64,000 bases of DNA, from contig CM082591.2 in the NCBI GenBank assembly GCA_040954595.2, forward strand, positions 3,705,957-3,769,956, read 5' to 3'. This document shows positions 37,438 through 52,200 of this stretch, piece after piece. Each line of letters begins with the position of its first letter. Position 1 is the stretch's first letter. The notes below the pieces were generated by a model. That model was given only the letters and a program-made list of their open reading frames with translations, was not told the DNA's origin and did no database searches. This DNA comes from Balanoglossus misakiensis. Taxonomy: Eukaryota > Animalia > Hemichordata. The position numbers and the translations under genes are program-made.

Positions 37438-40220
37438 CTATACGTATTTTTCTTCAGCTTTGAGTTGCGAGTAGAGACATAGCGCAAAGATGACGCCAAA
37501 CACCTGCAAACAATGAGAAGAAAGGTACATTCAGTTTGCTGGATGATATAGATTTATTGCTAAAATTCCAAATCTTCTAATTTCTTGTTGGATTCTCAAA
37601 GGTCATCATGGGGTCAAGGTTCATAGGGTCAAGCTTATACCTGTATACATGCAATTCCTATGCCAACACCTCCCAGAATTACCAAGTGTTGTTGTAAGTA
37701 GTCCCTCAGACTGTTGATGCATCCCTGATGAGAAGAAACAGAATTTCAATCAGAATTTGTTGAAAATCACACAAAAAAGGCATGCTGGAATTTCAGCATA
37801 TCAGTGGAGTTTGGTTTCAGAACTGCCCTGCCCTGAATCTCCTCAATCCCCCCCCCCCAAAAAAAAATGCCATTTTAGAGATTATGGTTAACATAATAAA
37901 AATTCTGCATGGCCAAGACCTGATTACTCACAATGCGATAGATGTTGGAGGGGTGATCTCTGACTGCACAGAAATCGCTCTCAGTTTTACAGCAACTGTC
38001 GGGAGTACTTCTGTTGTAGGAGAGCCCCGTCAACTGCCATTGGCTTGTACTCCAGTCGTGGTACAGGTGAGCCCCACAGCAGTTGAACTGGTGAGGAAAG
38101 GGTTGAAAAATAAAACAAAATTAAATATGATTCTAAACTTTTGCCACTAGGGGCGCTGATCCAGACAACTCGAAACTGACATACTATTCATTGTCATGAA
38201 ATAGGTGTTTGCATGCAAATTTCCAGACTTACGTTTCTGTGCATTTCATCCACTGCTTTGGTGACATCTCCGTGTCCAGATATCCCATAATATTCAGCCA
38301 GTGTACTGTTCAAGTTGTCCTGTAGTTCACTCTCAAGCTGTAATAAAAAGCCAAACAAAAACTGTAAAGAAACAGGCAAGAAAAAGCCAAACAAAATCTA
38401 CAGAAACAGGCAAGCCAAACACCTGACTGTGCAAATCAAAATAACTTGCATTATATTAATGTAAAATGCTGGTGAAATTTTTAAAATAAGATTTACCTCT
38501 TTGCGATAAACATAGGCTAGGATACCAACCACCAGTTCCATCATGAGAATTATCAACAATAAACTGGTGTACTGAAAAAGAATATATACATTTTGTTAGT
38601 GTTAATTTGCTATAACTACACAATCTATGTTGACAAGTGGAGTACTTGGTACATTAGCATGCTATTTGGAGTACATAGAACAAGAAATGCATTTGGTGCA
38701 GAGAAAATTATACTGAAAAATAAAGCCAAAATTTACAGCTAATGTCCCTTTAATATTAAAACTCACCAACACCAGGCAGAGTTTCTGTTCTTGAACAGCG
38801 CCACAGCAGCCCAGGGTTCCCACAATCATGACACAAATTCCAGTGACCAGCAGGAGATATGTCGTGGCTTCGTACGTACTTGAACTCAGGACGGCAACGT
38901 AATGACTCTTGTCAACAAGCGTCCAGACACCGATGGCAAACATTCCAGCCCCAGCAAGCTACATGTATGTTGTGAAAACACAAAAAAATGAATTTCCAAA
39001 ACAAGATTCTGACATCATATTAAATGTGGCCACAATCTGCCATGTGTTCTTGTTGACATTGAATATTTATATAATGTTACTCATTACAGTTTTTTTATTG
39101 AAAATTGTTTATCAGTTGACTCAGTTTGCTGTTAGATAAAGGGTTATAGATAACACTGAACTTTACTTGTCAAAGTCAAGATGCATTCAGTGTTTGCCCA
39201 TTGAGCAAAGTTGAACTTCATTGGAGAAAAGAAGAACCACTCCCATCGTTCTTAATTTGCATTTTAACACTTTATTTTGCATTTCAATACTTGATTTAAA
39301 TATGAGATAAGCCTAACAGTTTTGTCTCACTGTAGTTAAAGTTTTGGACCTAGAAATATACATAGTTTGTGTCCATGAGTTCGTATTGGGAATGTGTTAG
39401 CACTCTGGGCACCGTACTCCTCACGGGATCTGTTAACGCAGGTCAGTGCAACATGTTCCCCAAGCTTTTGTATCGCCTACTTTTACTGTGATTTGAGAGC
39501 TGTACAGTTCATCTTGGCATCCATCAGAACTAAGTGTCGACAGTCCGATTTTAGATTGTTGTTTTTTACATAGCATTTTGTATTTTGATACGAATTTATC
39601 ACAGGATAGGGAAGTTGTATTTAAAGGTATACAGTCACCCATAGAAAATTAGCTATAGTTACCATGGCGAATTGAGATCTAGCCAATCGCAGATTTTCAG
39701 TGGGTGGCACGCGAAAAAAAGAGCGCCATCATATGTTCTTTAGAACGCTCAAATACTCCATTTCAGCCATATATGGGCGTATGTAAATTGGAGGTGACTG
39801 TATACCTTTAACAGTAAGGTTGATTCTGGGTTTGAGAGAACAAATGATAGTTCTACTGTCATTTCTGAAGAAGCCCCGGAAACCTCCGCTCATTCATCGG
39901 GCAGAGGTCGGAGGTCGGACAGGTGTCTGAACGTTTCCCAGAGAGAGTTGTTGTAAATACTAGGGATGAACGTGATAGACAGTTTTACATCACTTTTTAC
40001 TTTTGGGAGTCCCTAGCTGGGTCGAAAAATGGGAGTCCTAATTTTTCAAAGGTGGCATCAAATTTTCTCAGCAACAGCTTTTTTTCTAGTCTGAAAATTA
40101 TCTACTCACCCAGAGGAGAAAGTTGAATATAAACAAAGTATACTTGAGACAAGATATACTGCAGCATTTGTCATCGTCTTTGTACAAGTAGGAGTCACGG
40201 TACGAATCGCGGTCAGCCAT
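37438..40220 (-). CDS. CD151: Tetraspanin, CD151/TSPAN11-like
   Basis: Exons 40220-40110 (CCSISCLKYTLFIFNFLLW), 38958-38767 (IGVWTLVDKS..GTLGCCGA), 38571-38497, 38337-38233, 38087-37932 (FNCCG..DW..TPDSCCKT..C..RDHPSNIY), 37724-37641 (GC..HLVILGGVGIGIACIQ), 37503-37438 (CLYSQLK, YxxL sorting motif, TAG). The symbol denotes the CD151/TSPAN11 subfamily. Confidence 0.92.
39625..39807. mobile_element. TTAA-flanked MITE with AG..CT termini (Kolobok-like)
   Basis: TTAA|AGGTATACAGTCACC ... GGTGACTGTATACCT|TTAA: a perfect 15-bp TIR with a TTAA TSD. Confidence 0.85.
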
Positions 40221-43200
40221 CTTGGATTCTCACGATCAGTGTCTTGGGACCTGCGGAAAAAATGACAACAATGTCATCAGCTATAAATCATGCGTGAAAA
40301 GATCGATTTAGACTTCTACAGATCAGACTCTTACATCGCTACACGTCATTCAAGCTATTATCCCATTGTAATGTAGCTGATGTTTTGTAAAAAAAAATTT
40401 CTTTCTCAATTCTTCACAACAGACATGATAAATTCACTGCCTAATACCCTGAGGAGCATGATTTGTGAACAGATATGTAATAAGGATAAAAATGAGAATA
40501 ATGACATATTACAATGCAGCAGCATCAAAGGAATTATACACTGGGCATTTTGATCTTGGAAAAGTAGAGCTAGTGCACAATATGGCTATAATGAAGAAAT
40601 TATACGTTAATAAAATCACTCGGAATTCTAAACTGAAAAGGGTACACTTAACTAAATAGCATTAAGAAGAAAATGTATATGTTTTGAACGACACATTGAA
40701 CAAGTGACTATTTTGAATGAAAAGTCATTTCATTACTTACACAGTTAAAAGACTAAACAATTCTGTGGACACAAAATTGACAAGGCGGTTATTATGGATC
40801 TTTACACGTTTCTCTTTCACAGCAGTTAAATGCTCACTTTTATCCAGAATGCATTCTTTCCGACTGCTGCGACGATCTGAGGTGTATGAACAGACTTGAG
40901 CACACCGGAAATTATTCAATTTCTTTAATTGAAAGGCTTCAAATTTAATATAGGGGGCCTCGTTGACTCATCATCAGCAAGGCCGGGTCATGGGTGCATT
41001 TGCCTCTAAAAGGACAAATGTATGACTTACTACATGTATGATCAGAATACTAAACAACACATGATAAAAATAAAAGTATCATCATTTATGGCATATATAG
41101 TTCCTAAGTTTTGACATGTTATTTTAGTTATTTTAGATATTTTGACAGACTATTCCCATTATTGAATATCAAATTGAAGTCCAGCAAAAACATTGGATGT
41201 TACTCAAAACATATTTTGAGAAGCTACAGACTGAACATTTTCATGAAGCTTTACAGAGTAGAACATGCAACCAGATTAATACATATAAAGAGAAAAATAC
41301 TGAAAAAATAACCAAAAGCCTTAAAGTGCATGCCTGACTATATAAACCCAAAGAGTTATACTGGGGCTTTAAAAAGCCAAAAACCTAAACTGTCAAAACT
41401 TTTGAAAATTATATTGAGTACAATCCTTTCATTGAGGTCACACTGACCCTGTCTACCTTATCAACTGAACACTGCCCCCTTAAAGTCATGTAAATTCCAG
41501 TAGCTACTGTAGCAGTTCAGACTGTTTGTTATTGTTTGCTTTTTAGGCAAACAGGGCCAAGCCAGCAGGCATGCCCAAGTAAAACACACATAACTATTAC
41601 TAACAGATACAACAGATACCACAATAGCCTTGGCAAACATTCAATTAGATCTCTGGTGACTTCATTACAATCTGTTGGCTCAGGGGACTTGGATTTTTAT
41701 TGGGTGGTGAGGTCAGTTTTGACCTTACTTCAGTTGTCTGTGGGAATTTAGTTATAACACTAACAGCATGTCTTTCTGCAAGATATTGGACGGTGATCGC
41801 CTGGTTTTTGTGTATAGATTATGCATTTACATTGTTTTGCTTGTGAAGACAACTTGTAACATTACCCAGGGACATACTGTGGTCAGTTGCGTTATCAGTA
41901 AAACATCTGGCTGTACATTTTGCTTGTCTAATGTGAATTTGACTATAAAGAGAATGTAGCATATATACTGACACACACACACATATATACTGCTATATTT
42001 CCTTGTGCTTTCCTTCATGTGCTTTGGATTTAACAGTTACACAGCCATAGATTTTTATCTTGTGGACTGCATTAAGCAGAAAAACACTCCATAGCTGATA
42101 CCATCTAGAAAAAAGACATTCCATTCATTCCAACTATATTGACTGTGAGTTCAGTACACTCAGCAGTAGAGCTGCAAATGCCACTGCTAAGGAGCTCAAC
42201 TGCTAAAAGTTTCTGGCATCATGCGAAGCAGGGATGTACTCTCCACCATGGGCCCACCAGCTCAAATGGCACATGAGCTATTTTGATTGTACTGATACAT
42301 ATAGGGCCGGTATCATTTTACTCCATCAAGCTCAACAACCAGTGCATTTTTTACTAATTACAAACACACTGCCTAGTATGGCTTGAGGAAGAAAAAGCTG
42401 GGTGTGATTTTAGCCCTTTCAAAACCAATAAATAAATAATAAGTATACGAATTCACTTTTTTCGAAATTTCATCAGTAACACTAACAAAAACATATTCAA
42501 AGGTGCAAATAACTAATACAGTTGACTCACCAATTATCAGTTTACTGGCATATCAAGTAGAAATATAATCCATTTGCGAGAGCAGTTACTAATGCAAAGG
42601 CAAACAGACGTTATGTTATTTACACTGTGAAAATTACTTAATTAAAATCAGTGAAATCGGCTACACATGTGGAAACTCAGATCCTAATTAGAACTGCCAT
42701 TAATTGGCAATTTTCAAGGCCCCCACACAATAATCTGTGTTTCCGTTGTTGACTTGATAGTTATGTAACACTTTTGCCTGCAGGCTAGACTGGAACCAGA
42801 ATGGAAACTTCACTGATGACAATATGGTTTAAAGCAAGTTACCCAACCGCTACTCAACACTGCAGACCTGAGTGGCTCAATTAAAACAATCAAAACATAA
42901 TTTAAAATGCTGAAATAGCCATATTATTCAAGCCTTTTTCGCCAACTACAGTTACTCCAAACCACTTGTGTACAAAACTCATCAAAATAATCATAAGTCA
43001 CTTTTATATAAATATGCAAATTTTATGCAAATTCACAGCAAAAAAAAAACATTTTTCCTAAAGTCAACAGTTTTTCCTAATAAACTGTAAAGTACTTACA
43101 TAAGATTCTATAGAAAAAGAACAGAATGGGTCATATAGGTGGCTTCTAACATATTTGTAACAGTCCATAAGTCATGAACGAAACGACCTACGAAAACCAA

Positions 43201-43503
43201 CCGAACATCTTCACGGAATGTCGCATAAATTATTCAAAGCGAAGCGGTCATGCGAGGAGCCGGAACTCCCTGGAGCATGGCAGTACATCTGTAGCTAGGC
43301 AAGGGGCAATGCACCCTGACAAACAACCCATACCTTGAGCATTCACGGTTTTGCATGTAAAAGTATCCCGGCCCTCACAGCTACTTAGTAATTCGAGGAA
43401 AACAACATAGTCAGAATTTTTTCACACACAATGGATTGCTGGCAAATAACATAACATCATCCCTTGTGTATAGCCTAGTGGTTTTCATGCACAGACTTGC
43501 TTG

Positions 43504-43765
43504 CTACAATGTACGTGAACTGGTGCCGTAGGTCTGGCTATGAATTCCATAAAATAAAAGTCGGTTGTCTACAATGTATGTGAACCGGTGCCGTAGGTCT
43601 GGCTATGAATTCCATAAAATAAAAGTCGTTTGTCTACAATGTATGTGAAACGGTGCCGTAGGTCTGGCTATGAATTCCATAAAATAAAAGTCGTTTGTCT
43701 ACAATGTATGTGAACTGGTGCCTAAGGTCTGGCTATGAATTCCATAAAATAAAAGTCGGTTGTCT
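43504..43765. repeat. Minisatellite, 4 x 65 bp near-identical tandem units
   Basis: Unit CTACAATGTATGTGAACTGGTGCCGTAGGTCTGGCTATGAATTCCATAAAATAAAAGTCGGTTGT, starting at 43504, 43569, 43634 and 43699. Confidence 0.95.
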
Positions 43766-46700
43766 CCCTTGTGAGGCTGTTTTGCCAAAACAGAGATACT
43801 TCATCACAACACTGACTGAAATTAAAGAACAGCTCAATTAAAACCTAAATTCAGTCTTTACATTCCAAAACAATGTGGGAAATCATAAAAATATAACTAT
43901 TCAAGTCAAGGTATATATGTTAATGGAAAAACCATCAATTTTACATGTATTTATAATCCCTGGGGGCCATTCTGTTGTAGACATTCGTGTTCATTCACTC
44001 TGTTTCCTGTATTGAAATAAAGCAATGGCCAACAGCATCAATATTGAGACATCAATCATAGCAGACAGAAAAAAAATTGCAAAGGCATTATTACTATGGC
44101 ATGATTGAAGGGAATGTTACTATACTTTACTGGTATTACCCGTCTTTCTGTTGGCTATTACATGTACATGAATTTTTCATTATTTTTTAGTGCTTGTTAA
44201 TTTTCTTATATTGGCTTTATCCATGGTAATATCAAGACGTAATACATGACTGAGTATCACGAATACAAATAACTGACTGCTACATGTGATTGAACATGTC
44301 TGCACATGCATCATATGCAGTCAAACCATTGATGACAGACCCATATTGATTGTGTCATTATATAACCTGCATAACATGTATGCTTCTTTTGTAAATCAAG
44401 AATGTTTTTAAACCAAATATCTTTATTTCCTATAAACAAGTTCTACCCTCTGGTAAAATATTGCTAGTTTAATTTTACACACATTTTTGTGCAAAAAATG
44501 TGCACCAGACATTGCTTTATAGACAGACAGCATAAAAAGTCTGCCTTTTATTGCACTGCATACTTTGTAGGCCTACATGTTTAATGGTGGAAAACAATGG
44601 GATTCTTATACTGAGATATCTGATTATGATAGATGGCAGTGATTTGGGGAGCATTGTTATGTAAATTATTTATAGGCATGGTTATTGAACTGTTATGCAA
44701 GTAAAGAATCATTTTTCTACATACAGGGGCAAATGCGGCACAGATTTAATTTCTATTAATGGTTTAGTTTGAAACTAAAATAGATGTAGATTTTGACAAT
44801 AGAGAATTGAACAAAATTTCCATTATAGCGGGTATAATACTGGCATTTCAACATAAGTGACTTATTACATGGGAGTAATTTGAACAATTTCTACTGCAAA
44901 CCTCCACCACAGCCCCTAAAACCATTTATTTCGCTTTACATTAACCTCCTAATTGATTTTGCTCCTAATGTGATCGCAAAAGTGTGTCAATGGTATAGAG
45001 TGTCTGCTAAGCACCTTTTAAAAGCTTGTAATCAAACAAAAATGTGTGACAAAAAAGGCAGCAAGTTATTATAACCATTCAGTTCCATTAATCTTTCATT
45101 TACTATTATGAAATCAAACACTCATACCAAAACACAAAATATCACTGATAAGACTAATTTTAGTTGATGAATTATATTCTTTATAGATCCAGATCAACAT
45201 ATTATATTCTAAAAGTATCATTAAATTATGCTCCAATGACTGCTAGTTTAACATTTAGTAATTGAAAATGTTGCAAAAAATGTAAGAATGTTGCAACTAC
45301 ATGTTGTGTTCAAAAAGAAGAGTCAGAAAAAAACAAGATATTTTACTTAACTTTAAAATGTGCATCCAATATGTTCCAGTGCTCAAATTGAAATTTGACA
45401 TTTCTCACTAATATTAACTTTCAAATCATTTGGGATAAGGGAGTATAGAGTGAATACAAGCAGCTGCGGTTTGCTTGCTGATAGGGCAGGTAACTTAATC
45501 ACTGTGGGTTTGAATGAGTGACCTACATAAACAATTAGGTGTATTAAGTCTGCTGTTTTCTATTACATCAATACATCTTCAAGCCATGGGAGTATACATC
45601 TATGTCCAGCCCATTAAATGAATACATGTATCTCTCTAAAACCCATGAGCCTTGGAAAAATACATGTATCTCTCAAAAACTCATTAGCCTTTGAAACTAT
45701 TAATATCTATCAGCACCAACTCTGCAAATTATCACAGTTTAATCATGATTCATGGTTGTCTAGCCAAACAACACACTCACATGGGGGATAATTTATGACC
45801 CTATTGGATGGGGGAGGTGAGATCAAAGGTCATTTCAGGACACAAAGGTCATGTAAGGTTACACCACCACAGATTTAACTGTACATTGTGTGTTCTCTAT
45901 TTATATTAAAATGTACTAACAAACGGTGTTGGGTTTACAAACTGACGTGATTGACCTCTCAAGGCTAAGAAAATAGAAGGATATATTTACAAACTTAAAA
46001 GTTTGTATTCTGTAGCAAGCAGGCATAGACCAACATCAACCATTGAGAATGCGTAAACCACTGTAATATGTATTCTTTTATGCATGGATTTCCAAATAGT
46101 ATTATAGCTTAGCATGTACATATACACAGGTTGAATTGAAATGGGCCATTTTGACCTGGCAATACAGATAACACCCTTCATTATCCGTATGCATGGACCT
46201 GTTTATGTACAAGTTGATTAAATTTCCACACGCCTCATGTTATAGCAATCAGCAGAAAGACACTCAAAGTCCATTCTGCAAATTGCATTTTTGCACGATT
46301 TGTTGACCACGGACGTAAACAGGGTTGATTTGAAAGCCTTGGGCAAGTTCAGCATAGCGTGCGTCTGATAATGAAACTGATATGCTTGACTTGTTGACCA
46401 TAGAAAGAGTGGAGTTGAAAAGACAAGCGAGTTCCACTGGCTTGTGTCGGATAATGACACTGATAATATGCTTCGCTGGTGTGCATTGGAGCTGACCTCA
46501 GCTTAGCCAAAGGCCTAGCATATATAAGACCGAACCATGCGCTTAATTGCTTTTAATCATCGACGAGTCCAAAACAGTATTGAACCCCTGATAACTGTTA
46601 TTTGCTGTGAGATAACAGATATAGTGCTGACATTTTTAAACCCGTGGAGTCAGGCAGCTTGATCTGACCACAATATCCAGTCCTGCTTACTAACTCCTAC

Positions 46701-47300
46701 ATATGGTATTATCAGTTTGTTTACTTCATCTTCAAGACTTTGAGATGTATGGTTTTTATCAAAGTCCAACCTACTAATATCATGACTATGCCAGCTATGC
46801 CTTATACTGATGGTGTATGAATTCCTTGGGAGTAATTCAACCGTCCAAGTGCAAGAAATTGACCCGGCTAGCTGTATAATTACAGAAATTGAACCACACT
46901 TTGAGCAGGGTGTGTCAATTGACATTGCACAATTTATGTCAGGACTACAGTACACTGAGGTGTAGCTTTCCGACAACTTCAAAATAACCTATGCCATGTT
47001 GTGTTGGATGAGAGCTTGACATCAACGTCTTGGCTCTCGAATCAAAAACACTGAAAGTGCACGCACATTTACGTCACAAAAATTCCGCGGCTAAAAATAC
47101 ATTTGAGATACATATGTCAGAACAGGTGCATATCTGCATAACATGTGCACATGTTCTAATCATGACCATAAATATCCAGGAACAGAAGCAGACGAGCAGT
47201 TGACTAGGGCAGACGCTCACATATTTTTTATTAACTCAGAAGCAAACAAAAATGCAATGTCACAACCACATACCAAAATGCAACAATATAGCAATATCCA

Positions 47301-47509
47301 AAAGAAATTTTGACAAATTTTGTGTTTTTGTAACAAACTCCATCAGATAGTGGGACATTGTTTCTAATTTGCAACAATCATCAAAAGAAATCTTGACAAG
47401 TTTTGTCTATTTTGTAACAATCTCCATCAGAAAGTGCAACATTTTATTTTAACTTGTAACAATCTTCTAAAGAAATCTGGACAAGTTGTGCCTGTTTTGT
47501 AACAATCTC
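47301..47509. repeat. Diverged tandem repeat, about 2.5 copies of an approximately 84-bp unit
   Basis: AAAGAAAT.TTGACAA.TT.TG...TTTTGTAACAA.CTC recurs at about 47301, 47385 and 47469. Confidence 0.75.
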
Positions 47510-50500
47510 TAGCAGCATAGCTAGACTGAATGGAGCCGTTGAACTCCTAACTGCTGTAAGAACAGTAAACAAATGGGATAAAATGTAATTCAAACTCACC
47601 CTTTCACAGCAATTTTGGTGAGAAAGACAAGCACTTCAAGTTCTGCAAAAATTACTCATGAGTAGGAAACATAATTTGAGTGATAAAAAATTATCTAAGG
47701 GTTTGAAATTTACTAAAATACAGCCTTTAGAGACTACTTTATCACTGTTTTGTTGCCAAGCAATCAGTTCTGAGCTGCAATACTCACTGAATGTCCAATG
47801 AATTATATTGATTTTGAAAATTGATGTCAGAATTATTCATGTGTCATGAAAAATTACTATCGACGTTTAATAGCTTTACTCCCATAAAATATTGAGTGAA
47901 ATAATTTAAATATGTAGTTGGAAACCGGAAAGGATTTTCAGATCACGCACTCCGCAGCACTTCATATTTTACTGTTTATTTGGAAACCACTGCATCTACG
48001 CAGAGCTAGTCGTTTTTCGACATTTTAACGATTCCCCGGCTACTCTGTCTCGGAATGGCCAGACATTTTGGACACTTTTACAATTCCCTGGAAATATATA
48101 CAATGTCTCAGGGTGTGTAGCTGATGCAATTTTACAAATCTGCCTGAGGATGACAATAAAATTACAAACCGAATTACAATCAGATTTAAGTCTCATACTT
48201 TCATATGCTTTCCGGATATTCTATAAAAATGACATCACATTCTCATAGATTAATCTTTTCAACACAACCAGTTTTATTTTTTCATAAACTCCTAATGAAA
48301 TACATCCTACATTTCAATGCAAAAAAATAACATCGTTGAAAATAAAAGATGACAAACTAATAAATGCATCTGTAATTTATTTTGTCTTCTTCTCACTATT
48401 AACAACCTTACTACACTATGGCATTGCCTGAAGAGAATAATGACAGTAAAAAACCCTGCATCACAATTGCCTAAAAAGGTCATGAATATACAGTCATGTT
48501 CTTTCTATCGGCTCATTCAGTTCGACATGTAAGCGATAGCAATCATGGATTTTCAGCGAAATACCTACATGTATAATAACATTAGTCATTCAGGAAAGCA
48601 GCTGAAACCGTCAATTACCCTTGTCAGAGCCGACATCTTTTTTTCACTTTCTGCTCTTCATCCAATAAAATTAGACTAAGCTGCAGAAAAGGGACACAAA
48701 TCTTGCCTAATTTGATCCAGAAGAATCAGAAAAGATTATAAAAAATTAATAAAATCGGAAAATTTGAGGCTGCAATCACCGAGTTCGAACATCGCCAGGT
48801 TAATGATATGCATGCTTCAAGATGACCTGCAGTGACCCTGATCAGTTTGTATAACAAACACCTCTCTCCGAGTGACTTGATCATGTAATTACCCACACAT
48901 TTGCGCTGTCAGTTTTTATACAGTTAAGATGTGCCTCTATTATCCTGTAGAAATATTAGATGTCCAAAGGTTAGACATGTTGGCGACGATTCCTCCTGTG
49001 AGAATAAATTTTACCTTGAAGATTTTCTACAAAGTGTTATTTCGCCTAAAGGTGACTGAAATTCAATACTCACACAATGCTAAATAGCGGTTTCATATTC
49101 AGCCATGATAATTTTTTCGCGCAATAATACTGTATGTCATTTTGTGAAACTGAAATTACCAACATTCAGTAATGGCATTGCAATGTCTCAACTAATTACA
49201 ACTGATATTAAAGGCATATTCTCTCCTAATTTACATACGCCCTTATATGTTTACTGCTCTTATTTTCATGTGGCCACCCTGTGAAAATCTGTTATTGGCT
49301 ACATCTCAACGTTCCAAGGTTATAATAACTATGGCTATTGAATTTTGCAATTGATCGACGTTTTCTTGAAAATTCTACATTACACTGCCATACTGAGGTA
49401 TGACAATTACACAGGTATAGTTGTACAGTGGATATATTTTCAGTAAAGATTTATTTCACTGGATATGTCAGTGTCACATCCAGACTAATGGTTAAATAAA
49501 CAATATTTAATTACATCAGAGATCAAAACAAACAGCAACCACTTTCAGTGTAACGATAATTACATCAATCCTTAATCTACTATGCAAATGACTGTCGTAA
49601 GTACATTTTTGCGCTACATAAAAGCACTACATAGGAACTTCCCTTTTCTGGCATTGACAACATTCTATGTAACTGTAAGTCGTTAATATTCAGTTATCAA
49701 TGGGTTCGTATGGGTGGCTGAGGTTAGCTTTGATTACCTATGTCACAGGAACTCTGCATTTTTAACATTACATGGACAATACCATTATCGCTGCGATTAC
49801 CAGCAAAAGGAAGTACCCTGTATGATTATATGTTAGTTAAATTATCATGATTCAGGCAACTAATTGCTCCAAACTACAATGAAAAAAACTTCGGAACTAA
49901 AAAATATATTAAGATCAAGGACATTTTCAAACCTACATTTGTGACCTACTTTTGATATATCCAAAACTATGAATGACCAAAACCAACATTTTCATTATTA
50001 AAACACTATTTTTAAACACATAGTTAGGTAATAAAATACAGAAAATGATAATAAAAACTAACAATAACTCAATATAGTTAAAATATGTAAATTCATTTAT
50101 TTGGCAATAAATTTAATATATTTATCACAAATATGGAAGAAGTTGTAGCAAAATTAAAATAAACCTGTTGACAAAAATATCTCCAGTGGCTAAATTTAAA
50201 AAGGCTGTACAGAACGGGGGAGATAGCATACTGGATACATTTTTTCGCCATGAGTTGCTCCTGTTGCTCCCAGCAAATATCTCTGCAAATGATACCATTC
50301 CATCACAACTGAGATATTATGAGGTCACCTCGTGACCTGAAAGGCGATACGTACTTTAGAAGTGCGGTTTGCGGTTAGGTCAGACCGTTTCTCAAAGCAT
50401 GGGATTCTAAACCACAACTGGATAATATCGAGTAGATTTGAGGTCAATAATGCCAGGGAAAATTATTTCCAAAATTTCGCAAAGAGGATACGTTTTTTTT

Positions 50501-52010
50501 TCTCCTCAAATTCGGGGTAATTTAACAGCACTTCGCAGTGGTTATTACTGTTCTTTTGAACGCAAATTTCAAAATCCACAACTTTGAAAAGAATTATAGC
50601 AAGAAAATTTATTGTCATTAGATTCTAGGGCACTCTTTACCAAACTATAGTATATTTTTGTATCAGCTTATCAACACTATTGAAAAGTATGGGACTGACC
50701 CAAGATTATGGGGTTAATGATTAATCCTGAATTGAACCTCAAGTGTAAAAGACAGAAACAATCGGGCCAAACACAGTATATATACAGCAAGATTATTTTT
50801 AATGACTTCAGTATTTATGTATATAACGTACATGTATGTACACAAATATACTCATATATATGCGTGTATGTTAATGTGCAACTACTGAGTATTTTTCTGA
50901 CTTGGGTACAAATCTGTTTCTCACCCTTTTCACTGATAGTAAATCTTTCAACTTGGAAAAACAAACTGAATGCGCACATACAACCACAGGATGTATGTTT
51001 ACAACTACTTCAATGTAATGTAAAAGTCTTCCTATACTAAAAAAAAGGCATTCCCCTATTTTACGAGAAGTTGATTTGCTTTCAATTTACAAAAGTTGTT
51101 TACAGGATCGTGTTGGTATGTCAGAAATGCTCTCCTGAAACTGTAGGGCGCGTAAAACTTTAAGTTCGGGTGAGTATAATCCACCCATATGTAATCCTAT
51201 CCGACTTTCTCGCAGCTAAACTGTTTTCTATTCGGTCACTGTGTTTCTCCATTTACTTTTCCATTCATAAAACCACTTTACGCGAACGGAAATCGTTGTT
51301 GATATAGTTTCAATTAATTTCAGAAATGCTGCAAGTGCAACAATACAGCGGCAGTAATAAATTTTCAGTGGAGTATTACAGGTAGTGAAGTAGTGGCTCG
51401 ATTTTCTCTGAGTCATCTATTCCACCTCTGAGAGAAATTTGCCAATTCCGAGTGCAATGACTTCATGCGAGCTGGATTTTGTGAAATAAGCAACCTGGAC
51501 TCGCTGGAAATAAGCATCCCGTGGGAATCCATGTTATTCAGTAGGTGAGCTCCTTTGAGCAGCGTAAATGGGCCAGCTTTTCATCAACACAAGTATCCGG
51601 GTGTGCCTGTCCTTTTGTTTCCGTACCGCCTGGCTGCAAAGATTGTTTTCACAGTCGCAGCTGGACGGGCGCAACAACACTACTGCACTAACGCTACTAC
51701 ATTGGGTGCGCGTCCGATACTCGAATTTTTTCCACATGCATTAATTTCTGTCAGAAAAAAAAATGACCTCAATAGTCATGGTAACCTCAATAAATCGTTC
51801 TCACAATGTTATGACAATTAATATAACCGCAAAACAAATCCCCGGGTACTTGATACCAGCCTATCAGACCTGGTCGTTCCAACTGCAGGGGTCTTCTCCC
51901 CCCCCCCCCCCCCCCCCCCCCAGTGCCAAAGCGTGCGCGTGACCTCGCGCACAAAACGTGACCTTAGCAACGGTCACAGCCACCCCTGTTGCGAAAATGC
52001 CGCGGCCTAC

Positions 52011-52200
52011 CTTGTGTGTTTGTGGACGCACGGAGCCGGCCAGACGACGGTGATTTCGACAACAGTCTCCCAGTTCTAGTGCCGCGACTACAACTGCCGT
52101 CTCCCCTCGTGTCCTTGAGAGCGTGAATGAATTATGCTAAACTCCATTCCGGTGACGTTTACCTACTCGACTCCTAATCCTATGGTGGCGCTCCCAATTG
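52011..52200 (-). promoter_or_regulatory. Candidate non-coding first exon and promoter of the CD151-like gene, head-to-head with the TRIM gene
   Basis: Locally GC/CpG-rich segment with a minus-strand donor AAG|GTAGGC at 52011. No coding exons were seen between 40250 (acceptor just upstream of the ATG) and here. Confidence 0.4.

Noticed and set aside
43504-43765. Regularly spaced repeats as a possible CRISPR array
   Set aside because: The units are contiguous with no unique spacers, there are no cas genes, and the context is eukaryotic.
46140-51500. Patches that look like old DNA-transposon remnants (around 46.2-46.9, 47.9-48.2 and 50.3-51.5 kb)
   Set aside because: I could not find paired TIRs, TSDs or transposase motifs by eye; a repeat-library search is needed.
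51898-51921. Long poly-C tract (and poly-G runs elsewhere) as G-quadruplex elements
   Set aside because: Homopolymer runs are scattered through introns and UTRs across the window, with no specific evidence of function.
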